Assembly (NCBI RefSeq): GCF_009914755.1
Contig: NC_060930.1
DNA from: the human T2T-CHM13v2.0 reference genome, Homo sapiens
Direction: 5' to 3' (one strand)
Length of the DNA stretch: 64,000 nt
Positions 12,780-27,762 of the stretch are shown here, piece by piece; within the stretch, counting starts at the first letter, position 1, and each line of letters begins with the position of its first letter. The notes under the pieces were generated by a model that saw nothing but the letters and a program-made list of their open reading frames with translations, had not been told where the DNA came from and made no database searches. The translations under genes were made by a program, and so were the position numbers.

Positions 12780-12907
12780 GTAAGTACCTTAAGGAAAAAA
12801 TTCAACTCACCTAAAAACTTATCTTACAATACACAGGACATCCCACAACAAGAATTGTCCTACTCTAAATGTCAGTAGTATCAAGTTTGAGACACTCCTC
12901 TATATGT

Positions 12908-13480
12908 TGTGAAAGGATAATAAATCTCGAGACCTCCAAAGCACTAAGCCAAGGGAAAAATCAAGCTGGAAACGATGTCAGGCAAACCTGCCTGCATCTC
13001 ATTTTATTCCTAAATAAAATAGCTACAAAGATAAAAGGCTACATACCTCCCTCACAATTTGCCTACAAGGAATTTCCTTGTGGACAAGGGATAGACAGAA
13101 ATCAAAGTCATCCTTCTGAGGCTCATCTGAGACAAATGCATATCTGATTGCTTCCTCTGCCATATTGTTTATATAAAAATGCAGATTCACTGAGCCAGAC
13201 TAAATTGTGTATTCGGTGAAAGGCTGGTCAAAGACTCAAAGGAATCCCCCTCTGCTCCCCCCAACCCTGTGTGCCTTACTGGACTGAACCAAGGTACATC
13301 TTACACATAATGATTGATATCTCCTGTCTCCCTAAAACAAATAAAAGCAAGCTGTACCCCAACTACCCTGGGCACAAGTCATCAGGACCTCCTGAGACTG
13401 TGTCACAGGTATGTCCTTAACCTTGGCAAAATAAACTTTCTAAATTGACTGTGACCCGTCTCAGATATTTGGGGTTCACA
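12908..13480 (+). mobile_element. MER4A-type solo LTR
   Basis: TGTGAAAGGA...GGGGTTCACA; perfect TSD ATGT; homologous to the LTRs at 13739 and 20895. Confidence 0.88.
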
Positions 13481-15124
13481 ATGTATTACGATGAACTCTA
13501 TTACACGAATGCTTGTCTTTAAATATTTGCAAGGGTTTCCAAGATGGTCAAAAAGAATAGTTGAGAAGAACTGAACATTTACAATGGTTAGTGTCATTTT
13601 ATTTGCAATTATCACAGGCACAAATATGTATATATAGTCACCTAGTGTACTCCTCTCTAATGTGCTGATGGAGCCTGTGATGGGAGGGGTTAGGGCTCTT
13701 TCTTAATCCTGTTTCTGTTTCTCTTGTGGCCAGTTACTTGTGAAAGGAAAATGAATCTTGGGGCCCCAAAATCACTAAGCTAAAGGGAAAAGTCAAGCAG
13801 GGAACTGTTTAGGGCAAACCTGCCTCCCATTCCATCCAAAGTCATCCCTCTGCTCACTGAGATAATGGGTATCTGATTGCCTCCTTTGGAAAGGCTAATC
13901 AGAAACTCAAAGGAATGCCATCATTTGTCTTTCACCTACATGTGACCTGGAAGCCCCCTCCTTGCTTGAATTGTCCCACCTCACCAGACAGAACCAGTGT
14001 ACATCTTACATATATTGATTGATGTCTCATGTCTCCCTAAAATGCATAAAAACAAGCTGTGCCCCAACCACCTTGGGCACATGTTGTCATGACCTCCTGA
14101 GACTGTGTCATGGGTACCCATCCTCAACCTTGGCAAAATAAACTTTCTAAATTAACTGACACCTGTCTCAGATATTCAGGGTTCACATTTTGGCAACCAT
14201 GAAGGGATTCTGAGTGTTTGTGCCACTGACATTTGACAAATCTCCTATCAGTGCCTGGTACCAGCTCGAGCTAGCTTTATGGCTCAAACCAATAGGACAA
14301 TTTGCTGAAGCCTGCAAGCACCCCCTCCAGAGAATCCCTGATTTCCCAAAATGTGGTTGAGATCTAAAGTTTATTTTGTTGTACAACTTCCTTTGGAGTT
14401 TTACTTGCTTCCAGTACAAGGCAAATTTTTCCGGCTTCCATGAAGATTGAAGATAGGTAACTCCTTTATAGAGTTTCAGCTTGCTTCCAAGAGAAGCCAA
14501 ATTTGAGATTTTTCCTGCTTCTAGGATGGTAGAGAGCAGTCTTCAGCTTGGGACTCATCCCTAAGTAAGTAACTGAATTGGGGTTTGTTTTGGCTAAAGT
14601 TAATATGAACAACTAGCTGGTCTTAATTTCTCCTTACCATTAGAACACTCAGTAATTTTACAAGTTGTGCCATTGTTTTTTGGCTTAACTGCTTTTTTGT
14701 TGTTGTTTGTTTCTGTTTTTGTTGTTGTTTCAGTCTTTTTCCCATTGGGTTTGATCAAACTATCTGACTTGATCAAATCTGAAGGAAAGTTCCAAATTAT
14801 GAGGAATAAGGCCTCTGAAGTGGCTAAATTCTCACAAAAGAAAAGAGAAAAGAAAAAAGGTGGAGTGGTGGAGGGAGAAAAATGGCCAGCAAAAGAAAAA
14901 AAAAATATTTTTGATTTTGACTACTTAAGGGGCTTTCTTTACATAGCAAGGCCACCTCTTTGCTTGCCAGGCCAAACTGAAAGAGCAATGGCTGTTGCCC
15001 TACACTGCAGTTCCATAGCTAAGGGTTCTGCCATCTTTTTTTTTTCACCACAACAGCCTGATTTTGGTTCCTAAATCAAGCCCTTTCTGGTTTGATACTT
15101 GGTACTTCTGCAATAGCAGCAATT

Positions 15125-15146
15125 TGTGTGTGTGTGTGTGTGTGTG
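15125..15146. repeat. (TG)11 microsatellite in MER4-int
   Basis: Seen directly. Confidence 0.92.
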
Positions 15147-17198
15147 GGTGTTTGTATTTAAAAGGACATCATGGTTTGTTTGTTTTTCTCCTAGGACTTC
15201 CTCTCTTTTTTTGAGCAAAAGATTTTTTCTTCTCAGTTGGCTGAATTCTGTTTTCTTCATTTACTTCTGCTGTCTCTCCTTTCTCTTGCACCCTCTGCCG
15301 CATGAGGGGCCTAAAATAGTTTATAGTAGCCTGGGGTTCCTTAAGGAAAATGGAGAAGGCACCAGACTCCCTATTGGGGAGAAACCCATTTTTCATTATG
15401 GAACTCCAAGAGTGTAAACAGACAACTTGTATCAGCTCTTAAACTGCTTGCGTTTGTATTGTGTTACCTGATTTATTGACTAAAATAGGTATTGCAACAG
15501 AGGCTACTCTTCAGTTTTTAAGGAAGAGTGTAATTTAGACACTTTGAAATGTCTTTGCTTAAAAACAATTGTTTTAAGTGCACTGCAAAAGCATTACATG
15601 GTCTAGCCTCATAATAATTCTCCCTTTTTGGAGACCCAGGATTCAGTGTGGGCTCTGCCCAGATTTCAGAGATCTAGGCAAAAAAGAAATAATCCCTATA
15701 TGAATAAAATTGGTCTCCTCATACAATCCCATGATAGAGTTCTATAATTTTATGTTTGATTTGGCATCCATCTTTATTCTCCCTCTAGCACCACTAGACT
15801 TTTTCTGTCTGTACCTTGAGATATAAATTTTGCTATCTGATTTTTCATCTAAGAGTTGTTTCCTTCAATATGCAGGTTTAGGGCTATTTAGCTGACAACT
15901 GCCAGGTTAATGAAACAGGTTATCATGAGTTTGCAAGTCTAAGACAGGGGAAAACAAAAGGAGGTCTTAGGAATCTATAAGATGTACTTCTATCAGTATG
16001 CCTAATACATCTATGTATCTATGTGTTATGTACACGTTTCACTACTAAAAACATATAAAAGAGCTGTAATTAATTGGCTTGCAGAAAAATAAAGGTGCTT
16101 AAATCCAATGCTTTATCAGAGAAAAGAAAAGACTAGCCAAATGCTTTTTCAAGTTTATGTGATTTAAGTAAAATCTTTAATAAATAAGCTAGCTTTAAAA
16201 TTACTGGCAAAGTAATATTAGAAATGTCTTAAGAATTGCCAGCATACATTTTCGTTTGCATTTATGGATCAAGTCATTTCATATTTATCCCTGCCAAATA
16301 CTGTAAGGTGTCAAAGTTTGGCATAGGGTTACAAAACTATAAACCCAGCCTAAAACAGAATGATTTTTGTTTGTGTTAATTTTTAATAAATAAGACATTG
16401 ATATTGGTTTAATGAAAATAGCTACATCTTGAATTATTTAGTAAAATTACTGTAACTTCTAATCTTGTGGCCTTAGGGAGTCTAGTCCACAGGCAATAAG
16501 GTTTCTTTTGGGAAATGACTGTTATCATCTTTGTTTCAAAGCTAAACCAAACTAAGTTCCTCCCACAGTCAGTTCGGCCTATGCCCAGGAATGAACAAGG
16601 ATAGTTTGGAGGTTAGCGGCAAGAGGGAGTCAGTTAGGTCATATCTTTTTCACTGTGTCAATTATAATTTTGCAATGGTGAGTTTCATAACTTTAAATGA
16701 TGACTATCATAGTTTTCATAAATAATCTAGGTAAACAATTAAAATAATTAGGTAAATGTAATGGGATAAATACTTATAGATAAACTTGTCATAATTTAGA
16801 ATCTAAGGTTGCATTAAATTAAATAATGGATATTTCATTATTTGGGTATTTTACAATGAAAATATATTATAGGAAAATATTTTTTCTAAAAAACAAAATG
16901 TGTCCTTTTTAAAAGGTGAACAATTTTTGTCTAATTCAAAGCTTATTTTAAGGTTATATATAAAACAAGATAAAAGAAACCAGGAAATGAGGCAGATGTA
17001 AAGAAAGTTGCAGAAATAAAAGGTATTTTTTGCTAAGAAAGCTCAAAGAGAAATAATTTTATATGAGAAAGAATCTTGTATGGTAAATTTATTCTGGAAT
17101 AAGATGACGGGTTGTTTAAGAAAGAGGGATGTTCAGGACAAACCAGAAAGTCCAAGCATGTCATGAATGATCTGTGTAAGTCACAATAAGAGGATTTA

Positions 17199-17969
<771 letters not shown>

Positions 17970-20900
17970 GGATTTACTCTTAATAAATTGTAAGACATTT
18001 TAATTTTTTTAACCCAAAGTTCAACTTTTATTGCATCTCACCATTTTTGGTTTTCTCTCCCCTTTTAAAATGTGTAAAATAGTAATGCTCACTTTCATCT
18101 CATTTTCAGCTCATGTAAGTTTTTTTTCCCTCGAGTTCTGTTTGTTGTGGCCTGATGCTAACAATACAGGTCTAAAGGAAATGTTTTCTTCCAACATAAT
18201 ATTTTGTGCACTGCAGAAGGTCTTTTGTTTTGCTTTTTGGTAACTGACTAACAGATTTTACATTTTATTGAAATAATTCCTATGCCATTATTATTAAGTT
18301 TTGGTTTGTTTAGAAAAAAACTGAGGTTAAAAGAAAATTTTTAAAAAATTAAAGGTATTACATCCGTGTATCTTTCTGTATGTGCTTTTAAAGTACTTGT
18401 GACATTGAGTTACAGGGCTTTGACTCCTGGGTCTAAAAAGGACACCAAGTCTTGCTAAATCTTAAACACTGACAGCAATTAAATCCTCATCTTCAGGTCT
18501 GGTAGAAGAAGTCAATCAAAATAAACTGGATTCCTAAAACACAAGGCCAGAAATTAAAGCTAATCAACTCCTCAAGGCCCAGGGACTATTCTGTGGAAGA
18601 GGTGTGTGTTTAAGATTGTAAGGACTGATTATGATAGAGAAAATAAGTTGTTTCTCTATAAATTAACCGTTAATGTCAAAGGCATACTGATGCAAGACCA
18701 TCATATGGTTCCCTGTGTAGTATTAACAAGGTTTTCTGGAAGCATTGACTGACTCCTTAATAAAGGTTATAAAAGTTATAAAAGGTTTATGGAAGTTATA
18801 TCTTATAGTCAGGATTAAAATTTTATAGATTGTGTATAAAATTTTGGAAAGCAAATTTAATTGGCTTCATGCTGTTTTTATTAGGGCTTGTTTGGGAAAT
18901 TAAGTCTCCTCTCTAAAATAATGAAGGTTTTTGCCTTTTTTTTTTTTAAATCCTTGAGTTATCACTTTGGTTAAATAAATGACTTTTTACAATGACCTGT
19001 GATCTTATTTTGTGATATCAAGTGTTTTCAACCTTTGATATTTGACAAAGTTTCCAAAATCAAATTATAAATTATGTCTTTATCTGACCTAATTCATCCT
19101 TTAAAATATTATGTTCCCTAAAGTCCAAAAATGACATATTTGTCTTATTTGGTATAAAAATTATACAGGAAGCACTGTCAAATATGAAATGGTATTTGGT
19201 TTTCTTTGGGCTGTATTTGTATAAATGTGTTATTGGTATCTGTTCCAAAATAATAGGAAACTCCTAAAATTCTGATATGACTTAGTGTATGTTATCAGTA
19301 ATTATAATTGTTATGTTAAATTATTGTATGCCACAGAGGTAACAAATTTTCTTGTCAACTGTGTCTTTGACTATGGCTGCCCTAAAATTTTTTGTCATCC
19401 ATGGACAATTGTTGTCTTGTTTTGTTCCTCTTTTGAAGGTAGTTTTATAATCAGCTATAAAACTCTTAACATGTGTTCTTGAATGCAGTTTTCTGATAAC
19501 TTTGGAGATTGTGACATTAGAAAAGAGGAAAAACTTTCAGGACTTACGGAGAGCTGAAATGTTCACGAATATCAAGCAGAACAGAAATTAACTGCATGGA
19601 CTGAACCAGTAGAAGACTGAAGTAGTCTTTTTGACTTTTTGCACAAAACGTTGCTGATCCTTTGTTTTGTTTTTCAGAGTCAAGGAAACTTTTCTTTTGA
19701 GCTATTGACAGCTTTTAACAAGTATACTCCTATGAACGAAATTTGGAGCTTATTTGTTTCTCTCTACCTGATTTCTCCAAAATTTGGAAACTACTTGTAA
19801 GTATTCGTGACTTACGGCAATATAGTTATTTGCATAAGTGAAATAAGAATCTGTTTTTATTTGTAACAGGACACAATTGGAGAAACTGGTTATTTTACTG
19901 AGTCTTTGGCTGGAATGGTGTGCTTTCCTTTAAGGTATTAAACTTGATTTATAGAGCCAATAAAAACCCCTTGGGGAAACTGGCCTCATACCTTGTCTGC
20001 ACAGTCCCTGAACGGTGTTCCTGACCTGTGGTAAGTAAAGAATGTCACTTTCTGACAGGCCCAAGAGCCCTAAGTTATGTTGGAACTCAAAAGGAGAATA
20101 ATTCACCCAACTCATAGGTATTTGATGGTACAAATCTGTGGCTGGGCTTGGCTTTAAAAAAGGCTTATGTGAGATTCCTTCTATGGAAGAAGTCCATCAA
20201 AGCTAATTTTAAAAGCCTATGTGAAAAATAATTATTCTTGCTTCACTTCATACAAATAATCTGGCCAAGTATAATAAAGCAAATTGGTTCTTCTATGATT
20301 TGTTTTTAGTGAAAATGGGAAACTGGAGAGAGAAAAAATACGTTTCAAAAACTATAGTGCACCTGTTGTTAGATTTTAGTCTTGCCTAATGTTTTTCTAT
20401 TTTTATTATTTTCTACAGTTTAGACTGAATTCTAATTTTTCCTGGCTACAAGTCTCCAAAATAATGTTTTCAATTTTTTTCCTTCTTTTCCTTCCCCTCA
20501 CCCCATTTTTCCTAATTCGAAATAATTGAAAACTAAGCTGTACTTTCTAAAGTCCTGCAAACTGAATCTAGACAACTTAAACTTCAGAAGAAAATAAAAG
20601 CAAACTATTTAGGTACATAAGCCACTTTCATACCTACCTACTGATGTATGGACTTCAAAGTAATGTGGTCTATATAGATTTTCTAGGATTGTTCTCTTGT
20701 TTGTTGTTTTTCTCCCTTCCTCCTACTATTGTCTCTTCACAGGACATGAGACTTCTCAATCTGCTAAAAATGAGCTTTCCTAATAACTTGGGACCTACCC
20801 CTGTAGGAATAAACTATCCTAGCCATGAGAGCAGAGACTCATTTTCTTCTAAAATGCTTTCTTCAAAAGATTTTTAAAAAGAAAATGGAAGAAGTGTGAA

Positions 20901-21349
20901 AGGAAAATAAATCTCAGGGCCCCAACATCACTAAGCTAAACGGAAAAGTCAAGCTGGGAACTGTTTAGGGCAAACCTGCCTCCCATTCTATTCAAAGTCA
21001 CCCCTCTGCTCACTGAGATAAATGCATATTTGATTGCCTCCTTTGGAAAAGCTAGTCAGAAACTCAAAGGAATGCAACCATTTATCTCTCACCTACATAA
21101 GACCTGGAAGCCCCCTCCCTGCTTTAGTTGTCCTGTCTTTCTGGACATAACCAATGTACATCTTACATATATTGATTGATATCTCCTGTCTCTCTAAAGT
21201 GTATAAAAAAAAGCTTTGCCCTAACTACCTTGGGCACATGTCGTCAGGACCACCTGAGGCTGTGTCATGGGTGCATGTCCTCAAAATTGGAAAAATAAAC
21301 TTTCTAAGTTAACTGAGACCTGTCTCAGATATTTTTGGGTTCAGATATT

Positions 21350-21536
21350 CATCCAGCCCTGGTGTACCCTCTGAAGTATGTTATGCCAGTGCATGAGAAA
21401 CTGGTTATATACTTGTACCATTATTAACGTTAAACTATAGAGTACTTAGTGCTCCTGTCTACATTTCTTAAAAATTCAGTTTTAACAAATGAAAACTCAG
21501 ATTTCTTAGAAGCTTTGTTACTACTCGACAGGAAAT
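21350..21536 (+). pseudogene. Candidate fossil Ig exon, 3' part (first 5 nt at 13734-13738, split off by the MER4 provirus)
   Basis: Removing the provirus and one TSD gives THPALVYPLKYVMPVHEKLVI/TCTIINVK.../SAPVYI/.../KNSVLTNENSDFLEALLLL (/ = frameshift). Acceptor tttctcttgtggccag ends at 13733. Confidence 0.55.
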
Positions 21537-23557
21537 GTAGCATACTGTGTATTAGAACTGAGGGAGAATCCCAACTCTGGTCCCTCCTAGCTCTGTAATC
21601 CTAGACAAACTACTCTGCTTCAATTTCATCATCTATGTAATTGGGAGTGAGGAGAAGCAGTAAGTTGCTGAGTGGTTCTGAAGATCAAAAGTAACATATA
21701 TGGAGCATCTGGCACATACTAGGAGCTTAATAAATTGGTACTTCTTTTACATCCATCAAGAAAGGTAGGAATTTCAGGAGACACAACACTGCTAGACTGC
21801 AACAAGTAGCAGTGAGCTTGGAAAACACTAGCCGTGGATGCTTTTGCTGCTACAATAGTAAGAGGTCTCAAACTTTTCCAGAAAGACACTCTCCTCTTAC
21901 TCAAAGCCCAGCATTTGTAAAAGCTGGGGTTAACAGCTTTCATCTGGCCACCAAAAGCCACCTCGCTGGCACTTTAATTTTCAAAGTTTTGTGACTGTTA
22001 CCAGTGTTTTTTCTGCAAGTATCATTCAGACAAACCTTCGCTGGCTCCTCTACCTTCTTCCTCTCCAAGCAGAAACCTGGATTAAATATAAAACAGCTTG
22101 CTCATCAGCAGCAACCTCCATGGCCTTGGGTAGGGGCGTTGTGGAGTCATGCTTCAAGGCTGGCAGGCCCCAGCTGTCAAGGAAAGGTAGGCCAGTGAGT
22201 TCCTCATCAGATAGTTGCTATGAAGGCTCATTTGGTGTCGGCAGCTCTGCCCTGGCACAGCCAAACTGTCATCCTTCAGAGGAGTGTTCTGCCAAGGGGA
22301 TGGGCACCAGACAAGTAGGTTTCCCTGTTTGTCTTTGATCTGGAGAAGAAAGGGGAATCAAGACATTATTCAATATCTATTATGATCAGAAAAGCTTATA
22401 TTTATTCCGCCCCACAAACTGAGTAAAGCAGAGCTTCCCAAAAAGTGTGCCCAGAACATTAATGTGCCCTGTATAGTTACCAAGTGCCAAAATGCCAATT
22501 GCCCTCAGCCCTTGTGAAAGCAAAGCAGGACTTCATTCAGGTGATCAGAGCTCCCTGATCTGGTCACCTCTCACTGCAGGTGGCAACATCCTTTGCAGTA
22601 AAATATTCTCATTTTCAAAGTGTACAATATTATGAAAAAGTTTGGGAAAGACTACTATAAGGTATTACCTTGGTTTACAGAGGAGGAAGTTGAAGCTCAC
22701 AGATTAGGAAGCATACCCAAAGATCACACTTGCAAACAGCAGAGCCAGTATTTGATTCCAGGTTAGTTTGCCTTCAAAGTCCAAGTTCATTCCACTTTCC
22801 TCACATTGCTGAAAACAATACAAAACCATAAAAACAGTAACACCAGAAATCTGAGTAGACCTTTTTGGTTTAGGAAGTGCTTTGACAGAAGAAAGGAAGA
22901 CATAAGAGGTGATGGAACAAACACTTCTCATATACCTACAATGTACCTCGTGCTTTACATTAACAGTCTTATCTTTTTAACAGTTTTAATTTGTTTTGCA
23001 TAAACTTATAGTAGATAAACATATAAACTTATGGTACATTTTTTACAAATTTAATTTGCTCTTTCATAATTTTCTCTCTATGCCCCACTACTTTTTTTTC
23101 CTATTTATTTATTTTTGTATATTTAGGGGGTACAAGTGCTGCTTTCTTACATGCATATGCTGCACTATGGGCTTCTAGCATACCCATCACCTGAATAGTG
23201 AACACTGTATTCAATAGGTAATTTTTAAACCTTCACCCCTCTCCCCATTCTCCCACCTTTTATAGTCCCCAGTGTTTATTATTCCACTCTTGTCCCTGAC
23301 TCCTTCTAATAACTGATTCAGTTCTTAGAGATACATTTAATGATAGAAACTGGACTTAATCCCATTTCTTTTGACTGCAAATTCTGGACCCTCCTTGCCC
23401 CAAGAGCAATGGAATAATTAATTCAAAAGAGATTTTCAACATAAAATAGTCATATTTACTGGACCAAGACTGTACAAAATAAACTCTTAAATTTGATGCT
23501 GTTTTTAGGTTTTTTAATACATTTCTATTTCTCTCTGTATACCTTTTGATTTCCTAG

Positions 23558-23618
23558 TTCATAATTTTTGGGTTTCAGAAGGATATCTATGTCATGTGCT
23601 GGTGGAGGAAGATACAGG
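23558..23618 (+). pseudogene. Candidate fossil exon (Ig F strand)
   Basis: ttcctag| ... |GTAAGA; 61 nt, stop-free HNFWVSEGYLCHVLVEEDT(G); phase 1 to phase 2. Confidence 0.6.
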
Positions 23619-23859
23619 GTAAGACCAAATGGCAGATTGGTTAGGAGTTGAATCACCAATCACTTGAAGTAGAGGCTTGAGAGATTAAAGTAACTTGAGA
23701 GTTAGCATGGCTAGAAGACTCTCAAGTGATGATTTCTTTTTAAAGGAAATTTTTCTCTAAATACAATCCTTAACATAAATCCATGGAAATAAAACAGTAT
23801 CATTTCATAATATAATTCACCAAAATTCATGGTATCAAAAATGAAAATTCTCTGTCTAG

Positions 23860-24133
23860 AGATGTCTCTCAAACACACAACAAAGCCATTTTGTCCTGTC
23901 TAGGAAAACCCAATGTAACTTTTGTGAGCGATCATGAACCATTTCCGTGTCCAGGGAACTAATCACTGCTTATGCTGTGTTCAGTAAGGTCAGGGGCACA
24001 ATCCTGTAGTTGTAGGCATTTGTGATGGGGAAATCTGGTAGTTTTTCTGAGTCATAATTTGATTGCAATGGTGATGGCAATAGCTGAAACTTTGACTGTG
24101 AGAATTTGTCCTTGAAGATAAATTATTATTGAG
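23860..24133 (+). pseudogene. Candidate fossil Ig exon
   Basis: Phase-2 start matches the previous exon. Reads DVSQTHNKAILSCLGKPNVTFVSDHEPFPCPGN*SLLMLCSVRSG, later ETLTV/ENLSL/NYY* with frameshifts. 3' end uncertain. Confidence 0.55.
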
Positions 24134-24188
24134 GTTACATCTGGCACTATTTTCTTTTTTTCATTATGCAAAACAAATAACTAAGAAT

Positions 24189-24488
<300 letters not shown>

Positions 24489-24894
24489 TTAATAGCTTGG
24501 ATTATATATATGTTCATAAACCTGCTGTCAAGTTAGTACCAGTGTTGATCTGGGTTGCAAGGAACTTAGTTTGAAAGTTTGGATAATACGTAAAGTGCCA
24601 CAGTTATATAACTAAGGCAATTATCTGTCAGTTAGATTAAATTTGTGTTTGTTTATTTAACAAATACTAGGCACCCACTCTGTATGGGTCCTGTTTTCGG
24701 TGCTGGGGATATTGGGTGAATGAGAAAGGCAGCATTTCTGCTGTCATGAAGCTTTCCTTCTAGAAAGAGAAGACAGAAAATAAACACAATACATTGGACC
24801 ACTTTAGGTGCCATTTTGAAATAATAGAGAGCACCTGTTGTTATGAATGTGTCAGACTGTCTTCTGGTTAGTTTTGCTAATAATTTACCTACAG

Positions 24895-25490
24895 GTGCAG
24901 TGACTCTGCAGGTTAAAAGAGCTGCCAGCTCTTAGAGAATTTTCCTTTGCTCCTGCTGAAGATAAAATCGGAGAGTTATAGTAGAGAATTTTTTTTCCCC
25001 ATTTCCCTTCGAGTAGGGCATACAGCATCCTTCTTAAATATGGAGTGGGTTAATCAGCATGAATTATAATTGAAAGACAGATGCTTTAGTTCTCTTTGAG
25101 AATCCCTAGTTTCTGTTATGAATCTATAGTTCCTTAGAAACACAGTATTTAACCAATGCCTAAAGCCTGAAGGGTTTATGAGAGATTTATGAGATTTACT
25201 CAGCACGCCAAAATAGTGTCATAATGTTAAAGAAATTCGACTGATATTTTAAATTGACTTACCATGTTGTTACGTGGTGAAGGTTTTTATTTTTTTCAGA
25301 ATTTACTTGGGATAAAAACAATAATGAGTGACATGCCTTTGATAGTATTACACTATAATCTTTAGAAGACCATGCTGATATAAAGTTCCAGGCACAGGAT
25401 GGTAGAAAACATAGAGAATGTAAAACAAGAGGAAAAAGTACAAGTAGTCATGTTTTTCAGAAATCTGGTACATTTGATGATGTCAAATAT
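24895..25490 (+). pseudogene. Two candidate fossil exons (from 24895; and 25300-25467 or 25490) forming a further Ig domain
   Basis: AVTLQVK (G strand), PISLRVGHTASF (A'/B), then FTWDKNN (C strand) and SLEDHADIKFQAQ (degenerate F strand). Acceptors cctacag| and ttttttcag|. Confidence 0.5.
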
Positions 25491-25642
25491 GTAAGAAACA
25501 AATAATTCATATTAGTATATTATACTCAAAGTTGCTTATAAATCCTGTTTTTTTCCCTCATAAGAAAATAACATAAATTCTGCTTAAAGATAGACTCCCC
25601 AATAAGGGTTTCTTCTCTTTTATCCATTCTTGTATTTTCTAG

Positions 25643-25795
25643 ATGTAGAAAGGAGGTTCAGAGTCATTACATTTTAACTACAGTAATATGTTTTGGGGTT
25701 TCCAAGTTTTAGTTTTCAAGTTATGGCTGGTTTATACAGCTTCAGGGCTGTTCTGTATTCAGATGATTATAAAGTGATTGGTTTGAAAGGCCAAC
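25643..25795 (+). pseudogene. Candidate fossil exon, 153 nt, phase 1-1
   Basis: tattttctag| ... AAC|GTAAGT; reads VERRFRVITF*LQ*YVLGFPSFSFQVMAGLYSFRAVLYSDDYKVIGLKGQ. Confidence 0.55.
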
Positions 25796-26204
25796 GTAAG
25801 TCTGCAAATATTTACTTCAACTTTTAAAGTCTGTTAACAGCTCAATTCAGGTAACATGTTGTTGCATGATTAAAGAAAGCTAAGTTTCCTTTAACTGTAC
25901 TTAGAAAGAATACTGTTGAAGTAATAAACAACAATGGCTATTATGTTTTTTTTTTGAGGCTTATAGTTTTAGTAATCGCATTAGTAACTGCATTCCAGAG
26001 GTCCAGAGCTTAGAAGGACCTACAAGCTGTAGTAGAGATTGTGAAAAATTACCAGAAACAAAAAAGGAGAAAGACAGAGACAGTGAGAGATGAAGAAAGG
26101 GAGAGGGGAAGGGAAGGGAAGACCAACAGCCTGGATTAGGGGTTTGGATTTCTTACTTACTAGTTCATTCATTAAGTCATTCATTTCTTCTTTCAAAATA
26201 TTAG

Positions 26205-26607
<403 letters not shown>

Positions 26608-26707
26608 TAATAATTCTGTCTATGTCTCACAGTTATTGTGAGGCTTAAACAACAACATATATGAAAATGCTTTGGAAAAATTCTCTAGAGAAGAAAGTTC
26701 TCCACAG

Positions 26708-27107
26708 GTGCTATTAATAAAAGGCACATGCCCATTTACCATCTTATTTCTGAAATCATATTTGAGGTATTTCAAGCAGCCTCCAGTGGGGCTCTGGCCC
26801 AGTAGCTCATAGTGCGAGATGAACAACATGTTTATCTTGTAAGAAAGCTAGCAGAGTGTCTTAATATTTCAGCTGAGTGTATGAGGGGACAGTTGGAGCA
26901 GAGCAATCTCTCTTGATTAGTGCAAAAAACTACTGATTTGCATATTTAAGATATGATATCTCATTGTATGGGAAGAAGTTGGGCAAATGATTCATCTGGA
27001 AAAGATCAAGGAGGCTGATTCATTTAATTCAGGGCTTATTTATGCAAAGCTGTTTTTGAATGTTTGCAGATCTGGATCAAATAATTATGGCATTAATTGA
27101 GACATTA
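26708..27107 (+). pseudogene. Candidate fossil exon, about 400 nt
   Basis: ctccacag| phase 1 AINKRHMPIYHLISEIIFEVFQ...LAECLNIS; after one frameshift VYEGTVGAEQSLLISAKNY*FAYLRYDISLYGKKLGK*FIWK...MALIETL|GTATGT, where all stops are TGA. Confidence 0.5.
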
Positions 27108-27762
27108 GTATGTGTTCATCATTGGGTTCAAATTCATAAGCATCCTGTTATTTAATTCTCACTACAGCCATATGAGGTGAACAATAATATCCTCATTTTG
27201 CCATTGAAAAAAATAAATTTTGATGACTTAAGCATTTTTTTTAAAGTTTACATATCTAGTAATTGGCTCAGGGCTCTCCTGCAAAGTTAGCTGTTGGCTC
27301 TGAGAATACTGGGGTCAGTGACCTGGGGTCAGTGATCTTACCTGCACCCCGTCCCTATTTACTGTAGCATTTGCAGAAGATGCTGTGTTCCTTCTCACCT
27401 CCTGTGATGGTGGCATCATCCTGGATGGCAGCTCTCCCTCTAGTTAGGTCAGTCTATCTCTTGCTTCTCAGTGATGCTCTAGTTTCAGCAGTCAGTGAAT
27501 ACTCTGCAGGGGTTAATGGAGGAGCTGGGAAGTGTAGGGGTTCAATAAAAGGAAAGATGCAGAAAAAGGAGTAAAGTAAGGGGACTGGGGAAATATGAAT
27601 AGATTTAATGAATATTTATTAAGTGCCTACTAGGTATCTGGTACCGTGCTAGGTACTGGGACAAAATAACAAGCAAAAGGCAGGATATTTCTCATGGAGC
27701 TTATAGCTTAGTTGGGTGGGAGGAGACTAGTGTTAAATGAAGAGCCACATAAATGAATGCAC

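Noticed and set aside
21991-22338. 115-aa ORF and exon-like segment 22070-22186
   Set aside because: Splice-like borders but no Ig or other recognisable motif; not counted in the fossil gene model, at most a lncRNA exon.
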